Below are positions 55,119 through 64,000 of a DNA stretch of 64,000 bases, piece by piece; positions within the stretch are counted from its first letter, which is position 1; each line of letters begins with the position of its first letter. The notes under the pieces are model-generated. The model saw only the letters and a program-made list of their open reading frames with translations. It made no database searches and had not been told where the DNA came from. A program made the translations under genes and the position numbers. The DNA comes from a virus (lineage: Duplodnaviria > Caudoviricetes). Where the stretch lies: the IMG/VR virus record IMGVR_UViG_3300032323_001487, positions 1 through 64,000 of that record; one strand, written 5' to 3'.

Positions 55119-58100
55119 ATGACTGACGCTTTCGGGCTGTCCCACCCTGACGACTCGCCAATTGTCGCAGCAAGCAATGCTTACTCTGGTAAGAACTCGG
55201 CAGCAGCGAGACGTCTTCGCGTAAAACTTCAGCGCCGTGACCGCTATGGGCGCTGGGTCGAGATGGGTGGCGTACTCAGTTTCAAGGTGCGCGTCAATGG
55301 GGAAGTTCAGACCAAGATTGGTCGAGCAGTTGGTGGCTCCGAGCGTGACGGATACATTCGCGTTGTAATTCCAGAGGGCCAAGGCATTAGACCTGGCACT
55401 TATCACATCTCTGAAAAGGTATCCCGCACTGCTAAGGCGATGCTTGGCGAAGACTACCTAGAGGAAAAGGGCGTCAGAGTTGACTCTAACGGAAACAGTA
55501 TTGGCGAAGTACTGGACCGTGATATTGAAGATGTTAAGGACCTGTTTAGGGAAGATACTTCAGACCTAGACCGCGCCATGCTCGACGGTGTTCTAAGCGA
55601 TGACGAAAAGTCTGCCCTAGAGAAGTCACGACAGGCTTCCCCCACCCACAAGTCTTACAACGTTGTAGATGAGTCTGGTAAGCGCGTCGACGAGGATGAG
55701 GTCGGTGGATTGGACTTCACTGACATCGCAGACTCTAGGAACTGGCGTCTACGTAAGAACAGGGACGGCTCAATCAAGTCTGGTAAGTATCTGTCTCCAG
55801 ACAAGAAACTAAGAGCAGAAATCTACCAAACCGAGTCTGGCAAGACTTACATGAAGGTCTCTTACCCTACTGACAAGAACCTAATTGAGAACGAAGAGGT
55901 TGGCGCTCTTACTGAGGACGACCTACTTGGCGACTCGCGCAACCTAAGCACTGGCTACGGACGTGCGCTAGACAGCGTTGACAAGACCGTGAAGGGCGCT
56001 AAGGCGGTTCTACCTGCCCCAGATAAAGAAGAGCAGAAGAAGATTGACGCAGAGCGCAAGGCTATGGAGGACTTGGTAAAGGCTTCGCCAGTGCGCGAGT
56101 CTTACGCTATGCCAGAACTTTACATGGCTGAAGCAACTGACGACGAACTCTTTGCTCGCCTAAAGTCCTTGGAAGAACGAGACACCAACAATGACTCGCT
56201 ATTTCTTAAGGATGGAGAAATCCGCAACCTTCGGGCTGAACGCGAAAGCGTAATTATTGACGACATTCGTCGTGAACTAAAGTCCCGTGGTTTGGCTATC
56301 CCTAAGTCGGTAAAGCCTGCTAAGCGTCCACTAAAGAAGCCAGCAAAGCCTTCGGAGCAACCAGACAACTGGCTAAGCGCACCTAGCCTTCGCGTTGGAG
56401 ACCAGATTGTTGATGCTGACGGCAAGCGCAAGAAAATTGCTTCTATCACCCCTGAGCCAGACGGCACCCGCGCACTAATCAAGTTCGCTGATGGTAGCGA
56501 AAGAATGTACGAGGGTGAAGAACTTGTACAGATTGCTGGCAAGAACGTAATCAAGGAAGACGTTCCAGTAGAGCCAGTCGCCCCTAAGTTCCCTGACGCT
56601 AACCGCTCTAACGTCTACGACAACGCTGCCAAGGCTCTTGGCATTACGCCAGAGGAACTCAAGGCTGACAGAAGAATCTTTGATGCCGTAGAGCACACTT
56701 CTGACCTTATCGACAAGCGCGAAGCCGATGCTTTAGACGATTTTATGGGCGAGGACGGAACCACCAGACTTTACAGTTCCCTAACCGACGCTATTGCTAA
56801 GCACTACGCACTAACTAAAAACGGCGAACTTTATCAGCCAGAGCCTTTGGGCAGAGATAACAAGGATTTGCTGGAAAAGGCTCGCGCTGGCGGGGCAACC
56901 ATCAACCCGCTGAGCCGACGCAACAGGCTTCAAGGCTGGGCCGTTGCCGTTAGGGGCAACAACGACGAGATTATTGACACAGTGGCGCTCGAGGACGGCA
57001 TCGGCGACCTACTTATGAACGACTATGTCAATAGAAACATTGACAAGTTTGGTGGCAACAAGTATCTTGGTCTTTGGCACGATAAAAAGAGCCACGAATT
57101 GGTATATGACGTCAGCGAAGTTTTCAAGGAAGACAATGTTGAGGAAGCAACCAAGGCTGGAAAAGATAGAAACCAAAAGGCCATCTTCAACCTAAAAACT
57201 TGGGATGAGATTGAAACAGGAGGAACTGGAGACAATGGAAGAGCAAGAAAAGAGCGTGAATCAGCGCGTCTGGGCGGAGATAAGTCCAGAGGAGTGGAAG
57301 AACCTGAGCCAGAGAGAGCAGATTCTGCGCCTGAAGAGCGCACGCCTGTCAGTGATTCAGGAGTCGACGCAGCAAGAGCCGAAGACGAAGAAGGACTAAG
57401 AGAACATCTTCGCGAACTTCCTTCGTTTCTTCGAGACAACCTATTAGAACTTCTACCTACTGGCATTTATGAGTCAGATAAGAAATCTATTGCGGAGAAC
57501 ATTGACAGGCTAGAGAACTCCCTTGATAAGGGCAGTTCTGCGATTACTCAGGCTTTGAAGGCGCTAAGCCGTTCTTTGGCTAAAGCAGAGAAAAAGCAAG
57601 ACGAAAAAGACGCCGACAACCGAGAGGTCGCTGACCTACTCGATGAAACCATTATGCAAGTATCTCTTGCACACAACTTTGCTAAGTCAATTACCGTAGC
57701 ACCTTCAGCACCGGGTCAGCCAGAAGGCAAACTAACTCAGCCTGGTAGCGCAAGTAGCAGAAGAATTAGCCCATCTAGCGACGGTAGTGAATTTGCACCA
57801 ACTCCTAGGATGGCTAGGGATTCTGGCGGAGGCACTGAAGACCCGATTTCTGATTTGTCAGACATCGTTGACGACACTGACCCAGAAATTGTTCGCCAAC
57901 TTAGAGCAATGGATTTGGCTGTTGACTACGACAGTCTTAGTGATTCTCAAAAAAATACTTACAACAACCTAAAGACTTTCCAAGAGAACGCGGTCAGGGC
58001 TTTGACTATCGCCGCTGTCTCAGACAATATGGAAAAGTACAAGCGCCAGCGCACGATTGCCCTGAGTGTCACTAGAGCATATAACGGATTTATTACTGCC

Positions 58101-61100
58101 ATTAACACTGGCAACCCGAGGGAAGATTACATTTCTACTGGTTCTATGGAGAACAGAACCAGAAACCTGACTTTCATCGAAGACTCTATAACCACTAAAA
58201 CTGGCAGAGACACTAGAACCAAAATCATTGACAAAGCAAAAGCAATTTTTGTTGCTCGTGATGGCTCGGTCTATGAACTTAGCATGGACAGATACAACTC
58301 GGACATTGAGGCAAGAAAACTTGACGCTAGTGGAAATTATGTAAGGCTCCCTAGCGGTACGGAGCGAGCAGCAACCTTGAATCATCTTGGTGGTGGCGAC
58401 GACGGTTTCCACACCGAGAGCGAGGCATATTTAGACCCGTATAGCCCTAATTCAGACAAAATTAGACCAGTTTCTCCCGGAATGATTAGAACAGAGGACT
58501 CTCTTCAATCTAGCGGATTGGCTGGAGCGCTCTATGCTTTCCTAGGATACGTACACAACCAAAATGGTCGTGGATTTATGCACAGTGCTTACTTGCTAAG
58601 AATGGGAAACTTAGCAAGCAAACTTGTAAATAAAAATCTTAAATATCACCACCCTGCCCAAAAAGAAAAAGCCCTTACAGTAATCAATCCAAATTCGGAC
58701 ATTATTCAGTCAATGAGTGACGCTGGCTGGTTTGACCGCAGTTACAGGGCTTTTACCACTTTGACTTATTACCCTAGTGACCACAGTTCGCTAGATATTC
58801 CTGGAAAGATGACGTTCCAAAACTTCCTAAAGCCCTTGGACGGCAGTCTCGCTGGTGGAGACAACATCGGTCCGCTTTGGAATATGGATAAATCTATCCA
58901 CGAACTTGCCGACGAACTCGGTGTCGCTGCTATGGAATTACCTGACGTGGCTAACTACTTTAAAGATTATCTTGATGGTGGCAAAAAAGACTGGGAACTA
59001 ATAAACATCCAAGGCACGCTTCTTGATACCGCTTTCTTGGGCGGAGCAACAAAGGAAGATGCTCTTTCTAAGTTGCGTAATCTAAAGAAAGCAGTAGATG
59101 TTATTAGCGCTGACGTCTCTCTTGGTTCTAGCATTAGAAGAATTTCTGGAGGATTGTCCGAATCTCTAGACGACCTAATTCCCGCTATCGATGCTAGAAG
59201 TTTTGATGACAGCACTAGGGTAGAGCGCCCTAAGGACATGGACTTTAATGCTTTCAGCAAGGTCAACTCTGACCCTTACACGGCTAAGAATGGCTATGAG
59301 CCGTTTAGAACCGACTTTATTATGCCAGAGGGTGTTCCCCCTATTGATTCTTCTGATTCATATATGCCAAAGAGAGTGTATCCAGCAGAGTGGATAAACT
59401 CAGACACCCCTGCTCCTAGTTCATGGAGCGACGAGGGCGGAACTCTAGAACTACAGACAGAAGAGCGACTGGTGGATGCTCTAAGACAGAGCATTAGAAA
59501 CAAGTCTGACCTAGCAGTTATGTCGTTCGATGGTGTAGACCGAAACATACAAGCACGCTCTATTTATGACGCCATTAGACGTAAGAGCCTAGACCACAAT
59601 ATGATTCTCGCCAAACTTTACGACGAGGTTTTGGGTGGAGACGAAAACCAAAGAAGACTAGAAGAGTTTAGAAGAACTGCCCCTTCTATTAAGAGCGAGG
59701 CTGCCGAACTAATCGAGTCCGTGGGAATCGTGATTCCGCCAGCAGACTTTGAATTTGGCGGTATGTACGACGAGGATGCTCACAGACTTTCCGCTGGCTC
59801 TGCAATCTTTGACGATGAAGTTACTGGAGAGGGTTTTGGTCTCCAACTAAGCAAACTTTCCGAAAACGAGAACCTACAAACACCTAGTTACATGTCCTTG
59901 GACCGCAACCCATACGTTAGCGTAGATGAAGCGGACGACTGGTCCCGCTTAGGAACGAGTGACAATCCTAGGATTATTGCTAGAAACTTCTCTCGCTCTG
60001 GACTGTCTCAGGGGCTTGTTAGTGCTGTAAAGAGAAACAGTAGTTATGTGAACCTACAGTTTGCTAATGGCACCGAGAGAAGTATCTCAATTCTTGCAAT
60101 TAGAGATGCGCTTCAGCACCAAGGTGTAGACACTAACGCGCTTCTAAAGTCCGCTGGGGCGAAGAGGGTCCGCGAGTACATCAGGTCTCTCAACGTGGCA
60201 GATAACGGCGAAAGAGTAACTAATACTTTCCAGGTCGGAGCAAATCCCGGCTTCTTGAGAACCAACACTTACGCTAACCCAGAGACTGAATCTAACGGTA
60301 GAGCGACTGTAATTATTGATGACCCTAATGGCACTTCTTTTGATTCTTTGGGTTCTGGCTCTAAGGTTATCGGTCTCACTCGTTTAGACACTACAACCGA
60401 CCCGTTGCGACCTTACGCTGTAGTTTGGTTTGGCAAAAAAGATGCTGTCGCATTGAGCAGATTCAACGTTGAGGACCACGAAAGTAAAGTTGTAGAGCGC
60501 TATGAGACAAGAGCAGAGGCAGACGCCGTGCTTGGCGATTTGGCTAGAGACGACATGTTCTTTGTCGACCAGATTATGCCTGGCTCGGGAGCCTTACCTC
60601 CACTAAAAATTACAAAGCAAATTCCTTCTACTTTGCCTATGGTAGAAAGACGGCTAGGTTCCAAGACAACTAGTTACCAAATTGGAATTATTGACCCTAA
60701 GGTTGTCCACTTTTCTGACAACAGAGGGGTGCTCGGGGAAGGTGGCAAGGACGACCTGTTCCGCGATGACAATGGCAACATACTTGCAACCGTAACTGCT
60801 AGCGAAGACGGACAGTTCCAAGCCAAAGTAGACTCGCTCACCGAAACTTTCACTAACAGAGACATGGCTTTGTGGTGGGCTGGCGACGAGTTGGCAAGAA
60901 AATTAGAAGCAAATGTAAACTTTTTTGATAACAGTCGGGTTCCTGCGGAACGACCTAAAAACTTTTTGTCTGGCTACGAAGAGTCAGAGACTCTAACGAC
61001 TGACCTGACTCTTTCTACTTATGGAGTTCTTTCCTACAACGAAGGCGCTATATTAAGAAAGATTAAGGTTACTGGTCAGCGGGCTAGGGCATCTGCCTAC

Positions 61101-64000
61101 AGAAGGGCCGCGCCTGATTACAAACTTGTGTCTATTAGCGTTACTGACCCAAACAACGAGGCTGTTAACAAGTTTGACTTACAAATTAATAGAACTGGCA
61201 GAAGCGAATGGTACTTAACTGCTAGTGGCGGTGAGATAGCACCTGGCGAGCCTAAGCGTGTCTATAAAATCTTTAGTACGCCTGAAGTAGCACTAGAAGA
61301 GGCAAGAAAACTTTCCAAGGACCGCCTAGGAAAGGATATGATTCCTGACTTTAGCGATATTGGCTACAAGTCTTCGCCGAGCACTAGAACAATAGACGAC
61401 ATACTCGCACACTCTTCTACTGTTATTGACTCTACTGGCGCAACGGAAGTTTCTGCGCTTGGTGGAGTAAACGGCGCTAAAAAAGTTAAACTTTCAGATG
61501 GAAGAATATTTAAGCGCAAGGGTGGAGGCATTACCTCTGGTCCTGACGCTACTAGAGAAGCAGAGAACAAGAGACGAGTAGATGCCGAAGTATTTGCTCA
61601 CGCTGTTTATAACTTTGCTGGAATCCAAGCAACTAACGCACAAAAGGGCAAAAACGGCTCAGAGTCTGTGATTATGGACCCTTGGGTGAATTCCGACAGT
61701 CGTAGAAATTGGATGCAGACCACCGAGCGTTCTGGGTCTGGCACCCAAATTGGTGAAGACGTTCAGCGCGGTTTTGTGATTGATGCTTTATTTGACAACC
61801 GCGATATTGCCACTAACTCTGGCAACATTATTGTCGGAACCGACGGTAGAGCATACCGTTGCGACATGGGTGGCGCTGGTCTGTTCAAGGCTGGTGGAGA
61901 CCGTGCAGTTCGAGCAACTACCTTCCAGCCTGATAGAGGCGAATCTTCTGTAGATTATTTTATGGGCAACTATATGGACTGGAGAAGTTCTACTATCTAC
62001 AAAGGTCTGAGCGAAGAAAAGCGCAAGCAATTCGCTATTGACCACTTGGTCCCTCTTACTGACGAGGCGCTAGACAAACTTGGTGTTCTTATCGAAAACG
62101 AAGAAGACAGGAAGAAAACTCTTGACATTCTAAAGGCTCGCAGAGACGGTATTCTCCGCAAGTTGGGAATTGACATCGAGGAAGAGCGCAGAAAGCGTGC
62201 TGGTTCTTCTGCCGCTGAGCCTGAGCCTGAGTCTGAAGATGTTGTAGAAGTTCCAGACACTTCAGAAGAAACCATCGATGAGCCAATATTGTTGGAAGAA
62301 CCCGTACCTTCTGGTCCTAAGAGGGTAAAGATGTCTGACCGTCTGCCTTTGAAGAGAACTCCTGATGGCGTTTATTACCCAGAACGTCACTCAGACCTGT
62401 TCCCTTACACTCAGAAGATAAGAAACGGCGAGATTGTTCCTGAAGAACTTCCTTTCGCTTTCAAGCAACCTATACCTGTTATAGACGCTGGTGGATTCTA
62501 TATGAGTACCCCACCAAGTTACGTTGACGCTAACGGAATCTACAGGACTTCTGCTTTCGGAACTTTCAATACTTTTATTAGAAGAAAGAACGCTGACGGA
62601 AGTTACTCAATTCTTGGATTTGGTAGAGGCATAGGCGACAGAGAAGTTCTCGGTGGATTGATTGAAGATAGAGGTGCTTACAGCCACGACGCTGACGCTG
62701 AACACCTACGTCAAGTTTTGGATTCTAAAACTCACGGACTTGAGAGCAAAACTCCTGTAACGCACGAAGTCGAGTTGGCTCCTGGCTACAAGTCACGAGT
62801 TTCTATCTACGACTTGTCAGAAGATGAGGCTAGAGACTTGAACTTAGCCAATGAACGACTCCTTTCTGACGACGATGGTGGAAAATACAGAAACAGGGAG
62901 TGGATGAGTCAGAGCGATTTCCTAGACCGAATCTCTGACCCTGAGTGGTCCGCTAACCCTGACAACCTTCAAGGACTTAGAGCCATCTTCTCTCTTCCTA
63001 CGGGACCAACTCCTATATCAAAGCCTCTAGGCGTGCCTCGTTCTGACGATGAAGACATCGAAGTTGGAACTATTGAGTGGTCTAGAACCTCCGAGGTGCT
63101 AGGCAAGTCTTATACGGTTTCTAAACTGACCAACGGAACTTACTCGATTAATGATTCGTCTGGTAAGACAATTGCTGAAGTAAGACCTGCTAAGGGGCTT
63201 TACAAGTTTGAAGCGTATATTCTTCCAAACAACATCGGCACTCCAGGCAACCCTGGAGCAAGACTCGCTTTCTTTGACAATGACAGGCAAGCCACCGCTT
63301 GGGCTGGAGACTTAGCCACAGAAATCATCGGCGGAGACAAAAACCTATTCAACGAATTGGGTGTTGGCGAAGTTGACTTAGGTCCTATTAGCCCAGTGGT
63401 CCACAAGGGCGGACACCTAGACAAGGCAACCGAAGACCAAATCGCTACGCTAACTAGATTGGTCAACACTAAAGAAATGGTCGGTGCTACTCGCGCCCAG
63501 TACAGAGAGCACCTAAGAAAGCCAAACCTTGTAAAGGGTGAGGTTGGTTCTTTGATTAGGCAACTATCTAGAACTCCAGACCGTAGCGATGATGTTACTG
63601 CTTCGGAGCGAGATGGCGAATCAGTAACTCCTAGCAAGCCAACCGATGGTGGCATCGTTCCGCCTAAGGGTCCTTCGGGCGACGAAGATATGACCACTAG
63701 TCCTTTCATTAGAAAGAAGGCTTCCGAACTCGCACCTGGTGACAAGATTGTCAATGCTAAGGGTGAATACATCGGCAAGGTAGCAATTACCTACGTCGAC
63801 AAGGAAAACGGCAAAGTCACCGTCGCGATGATTGATAAGACTGGTGCTTCTGTAAACCTAGAAGAAGCCCTAATGGACGACTCTTACCTAGTCGACCCTA
63901 GAGTTCCAGCCGCTGTTGCCGTGCCTGAAGGTAAGGACAAGGAAGAGGGCGCTGGAGGCGCTGGTGGCGGAGACACCACCGCTCTACCTGGCGGACTAAG
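55119..64000 (+). CDS. Second giant polyvalent protein (>2960 aa, runs off the right edge): GNAT-like, kinase-like and degenerate Nudix modules
   Basis: SD AGGAG then ATG at 55119 (MTDAFGLSHPDD...). The same frame reads as protein wherever I spot-translated it (58.5, 61.8, 62.5 and 64.0 kb), and the ORF track reports no stop in this frame. Confidence 0.88.
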   Translation, partial: MTDAFGLSHPDDSPIVAASNAYSGKNSAAARRLRVKLQRRDRYGRWVEMGGVLSFKVRVNGEVQTKIGRAVGGSERDGYIRVVIPEGQGIRPGTYHISEKVSRTAKAMLGEDYLEEKGVRVDSNGNSIGEVLDRDIEDVKDLFREDTSDLDRAMLDGVLSDDEKSALEKSRQASPTHKSYNVVDESGKRVDEDEVGGLDFTDIADSRNWRLRKNRDGSIKSGKYLSPDKKLRAEIYQTESGKTYMKVSYPTDKNLIENEEVGALTEDDLLGDSRNLSTGYGRALDSVDKTVKGAKAVLPAPDKEEQKKIDAERKAMEDLVKASPVRESYAMPELYMAEATDDELFARLKSLEERDTNNDSLFLKDGEIRNLRAERESVIIDDIRRELKSRGLAIPKSVKPAKRPLKKPAKPSEQPDNWLSAPSLRVGDQIVDADGKRKKIASITPEPDGTRALIKFADGSERMYEGEELVQIAGKNVIKEDVPVEPVAPKFPDANRSNVYDNAAKALGITPEELKADRRIFDAVEHTSDLIDKREADALDDFMGEDGTTRLYSSLTDAIAKHYALTKNGELYQPEPLGRDNKDLLEKARAGGATINPLSRRNRLQGWAVAVRGNNDEIIDTVALEDGIGDLLMNDYVNRNIDKFGGNKYLGLWHDKKSHELVYDVSEVFKEDNVEEATKAGKDRNQKAIFNLKTWDEIETGGTGDNGRARKERESARLGGDKSRGVEEPEPERADSAPEERTPVSDSGVDAARAEDEEGLREHLRELPSFLRDNLLELLPTGIYESDKKSIAENIDRLENSLDKGSSAITQALKALSRSLAKAEKKQDEKDADNREVADLLDETIMQVSLAHNFAKSITVAPSAPGQPEGKLTQPGSASSRRISPSSDGSEFAPTPRMARDSGGGTEDPISDLSDIVDDTDPEIVRQLRAMDLAVDYDSLSDSQKNTYNNLKTFQENAVRALTIAAVSDNMEKYKRQRTIALSVTRAYNGFITAINTGNPREDYISTGSMENRTRNLTFIEDSITTKTGRDTRTKIIDKAKAIFVARDGSVYELSMDRYNSDIEARKLDASGNYVRLPSGTERAATLNHLGGGDDGFHTESEAYLDPYSPNSDKIRPVSPGMIRTEDSLQSSGLAGALYAFLGYVHNQNGRGFMHSAYLLRMGNLASKLVNKNLKYHHPAQKEKALTVINPNSDIIQSMSDAGWFDRSYRAFTTLTYYPSDHSSLDIPGKMTFQNFLKPLDGSLAGGDNIGPLWNMDKSIHELADELGVAAMELPDVANYFKDYLDGGKKDWELINIQGTLLDTAFLGGATKEDALSKLRNLKKAVDVISADVSLGSSIRRISGGLSESLDDLIPAIDARSFDDSTRVERPKDMDFNAFSKVNSDPYTAKNGYEPFRTDFIMPEGVPPIDSSDSYMPKRVYPAEWINSDTPAPSSWSDEGGTLELQTEERLVDALRQSIRNKSDLAVMSFDGVDRNIQARSIYDAIRRKSLDHNMILAKLYDEVLGGDENQRRLEEFRRTAPSIKSEAAELIESVGIVIPPADFEFGGMYDEDAHRLSAGSAIFDDEVTGEGFGLQLSKLSENENLQTPSYMSLDRNPYVSVDEADDWSRLGTSDNPRIIARNFSRSGLSQGLVSAVKRNSSYVNLQFANGTERSISILAIRDALQHQGVDTNALLKSAGAKRVREYIRSLNVADNGERVTNTFQVGANPGFLRTNTYANPETESNGRATVIIDDPNGTSFDSLGSGSKVIGLTRLDTTTDPLRPYAVVWFGKKDAVALSRFNVEDHESKVVERYETRAEADAVLGDLARDDMFFVDQIMPGSGALPPLKITKQIPSTLPMVERRLGSKTTSYQIGIIDPKVVHFSDNRGVLGEGGKDDLFRDDNGNILATVTASEDGQFQAKVDSLTETFTNRDMALWWAGDELARKLEANVNFFDNSRVPAERPKNFLSGYEESETLTTDLTLSTYGVLSYNEGAILRKIKVTGQRARASAYRRAAPDYKLVSISVTDPNNEAVNKFDLQINRTGRSEWYLTASGGEIAPGEPKRVYKIFSTPEVALEEARKLSKDRLGKDMIPDFSDIGYKSSPSTRTIDDILAHSSTVIDSTGATEVSALGGVNGAKKVKLSDGRIFKRKGGGITSGPDATREAENKRRVDAEVFAHAVYNFAGIQATNAQKGKNGSESVIMDPWVNSDSRRNWMQTTERSGSGTQIGEDVQRGFVIDALFDNRDIATNSGNIIVGTDGRAYRCDMGGAGLFKAGGDRAVRATTFQPDRGESSVDYFMGNYMDWRSSTIYKGLSEEKRKQFAIDHLVPLTDEALDKLGVLIENEEDRKKTLDILKARRDGILRKLGIDIEEERRKRAGSSAAEPEPESEDVVEVPDTSEETIDEPILLEEPVPSGPKRVKMSDRLPLKRTPDGVYYPERHSDLFPYTQKIRNGEIVPEELPFAFKQPIPVIDAGGFYMSTPPSYVDANGIYRTSAFGTFNTFIRRKNADGSYSILGFGRGIGDREVLGGLIEDRGAYSHDADAEHLRQVLDSKTHGLESKTPVTHEVELAPGYKSRVSIYDLSEDEARDLNLANERLLSDDDGGKYRNREWMSQSDFLDRISDPEWSANPDNLQGLRAIFSLPTGPTPISKPLGVPRSDDEDIEVGTIEWSRTSEVLGKSYTVSKLTNGTYSINDSSGKTIAEVRPAKGLYKFEAYILPNNIGTPGNPGARLAFFDNDRQATAWAGDLATEIIGGDKNLFNELGVGEVDLGPISPVVHKGGHLDKATEDQIATLTRLVNTKEMVGATRAQYREHLRKPNLVKGEVGSLIRQLSRTPDRSDDVTASERDGESVTPSKPTDGGIVPPKGPSGDEDMTTSPFIRKKASELAPGDKIVNAKGEYIGKVAITYVDKENGKVTVAMIDKTGASVNLEEALMDDSYLVDPRVPAAVAVPEGKDKEEGAGGAGGGDTTALPGGL

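Noticed and set aside
56370-63770. Intein/Hint domains suggested by APSLRVGDQIV and ASELAPGDKIV
   Set aside because: No splice-junction Cys...His-Asn motifs seen around them; more likely small beta-barrel repeats
49177-63778. Many minus-strand ORFs and short plus-strand ORFs inside the giant genes
   Set aside because: Shadow frames of two long + strand genes; Ser/Leu-rich and without recognisable motifs
1-64000. Stop-codon reassignment
   Set aside because: Conserved genes are full length under code 11, all three stop codons end genes, and no suppressor tRNA is seen

Overview
This window is part of a large tailed dsDNA phage genome, most likely infecting an actinobacterium. That host assignment is an inference from a ClgR-like regulator, many leaderless genes and a short-armed tRNA-Leu. 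Layout: (1) 0.2-7.7 kb, three tRNAs plus nucleotide and DNA-modification genes (two 2OG oxygenases, an amino-methyltransferase, dUTPase, ThyX, a dNMP-kinase fusion); (2) 7.7-13.6 kb, a minus-strand block with an M23 endolysin, a holin-like protein, a nuclease and a long exported coiled-coil protein; (3) 14-18.9 kb, a glycosyltransferase, a Mom-like protein, a probable small terminase and a CHAP amidase; (4) 18.9-43.8 kb, an early or host-takeover island of small genes driven by about 20 sigma-A-type promoters, including a MoxR/VWA pair, a ClgR-like HTH, NlpC/P60, an HDAC-family deacetylase, the large terminase and a phosphatase; (5) 44-64 kb, portal, Dps and two giant polyvalent proteins, the second (55119 to beyond 64000) missing from the ORF track because it has no stop codon in the window. 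The most unusual signals are non-coding. A 25-bp bipartite motif (AAAGGGGT-N6-TTTTCCRAGCG) occurs 16 times in convergent blocks across the island. An 11-bp CGCGCTCGCGG site is embedded in genes. There are strand-polarised ACGG clusters and candidate RNAs with anti-Shine-Dalgarno loops. A small basic gene has its intrinsic terminator upstream of its own stop codon. All counts and family assignments were made by eye, with no database searches.
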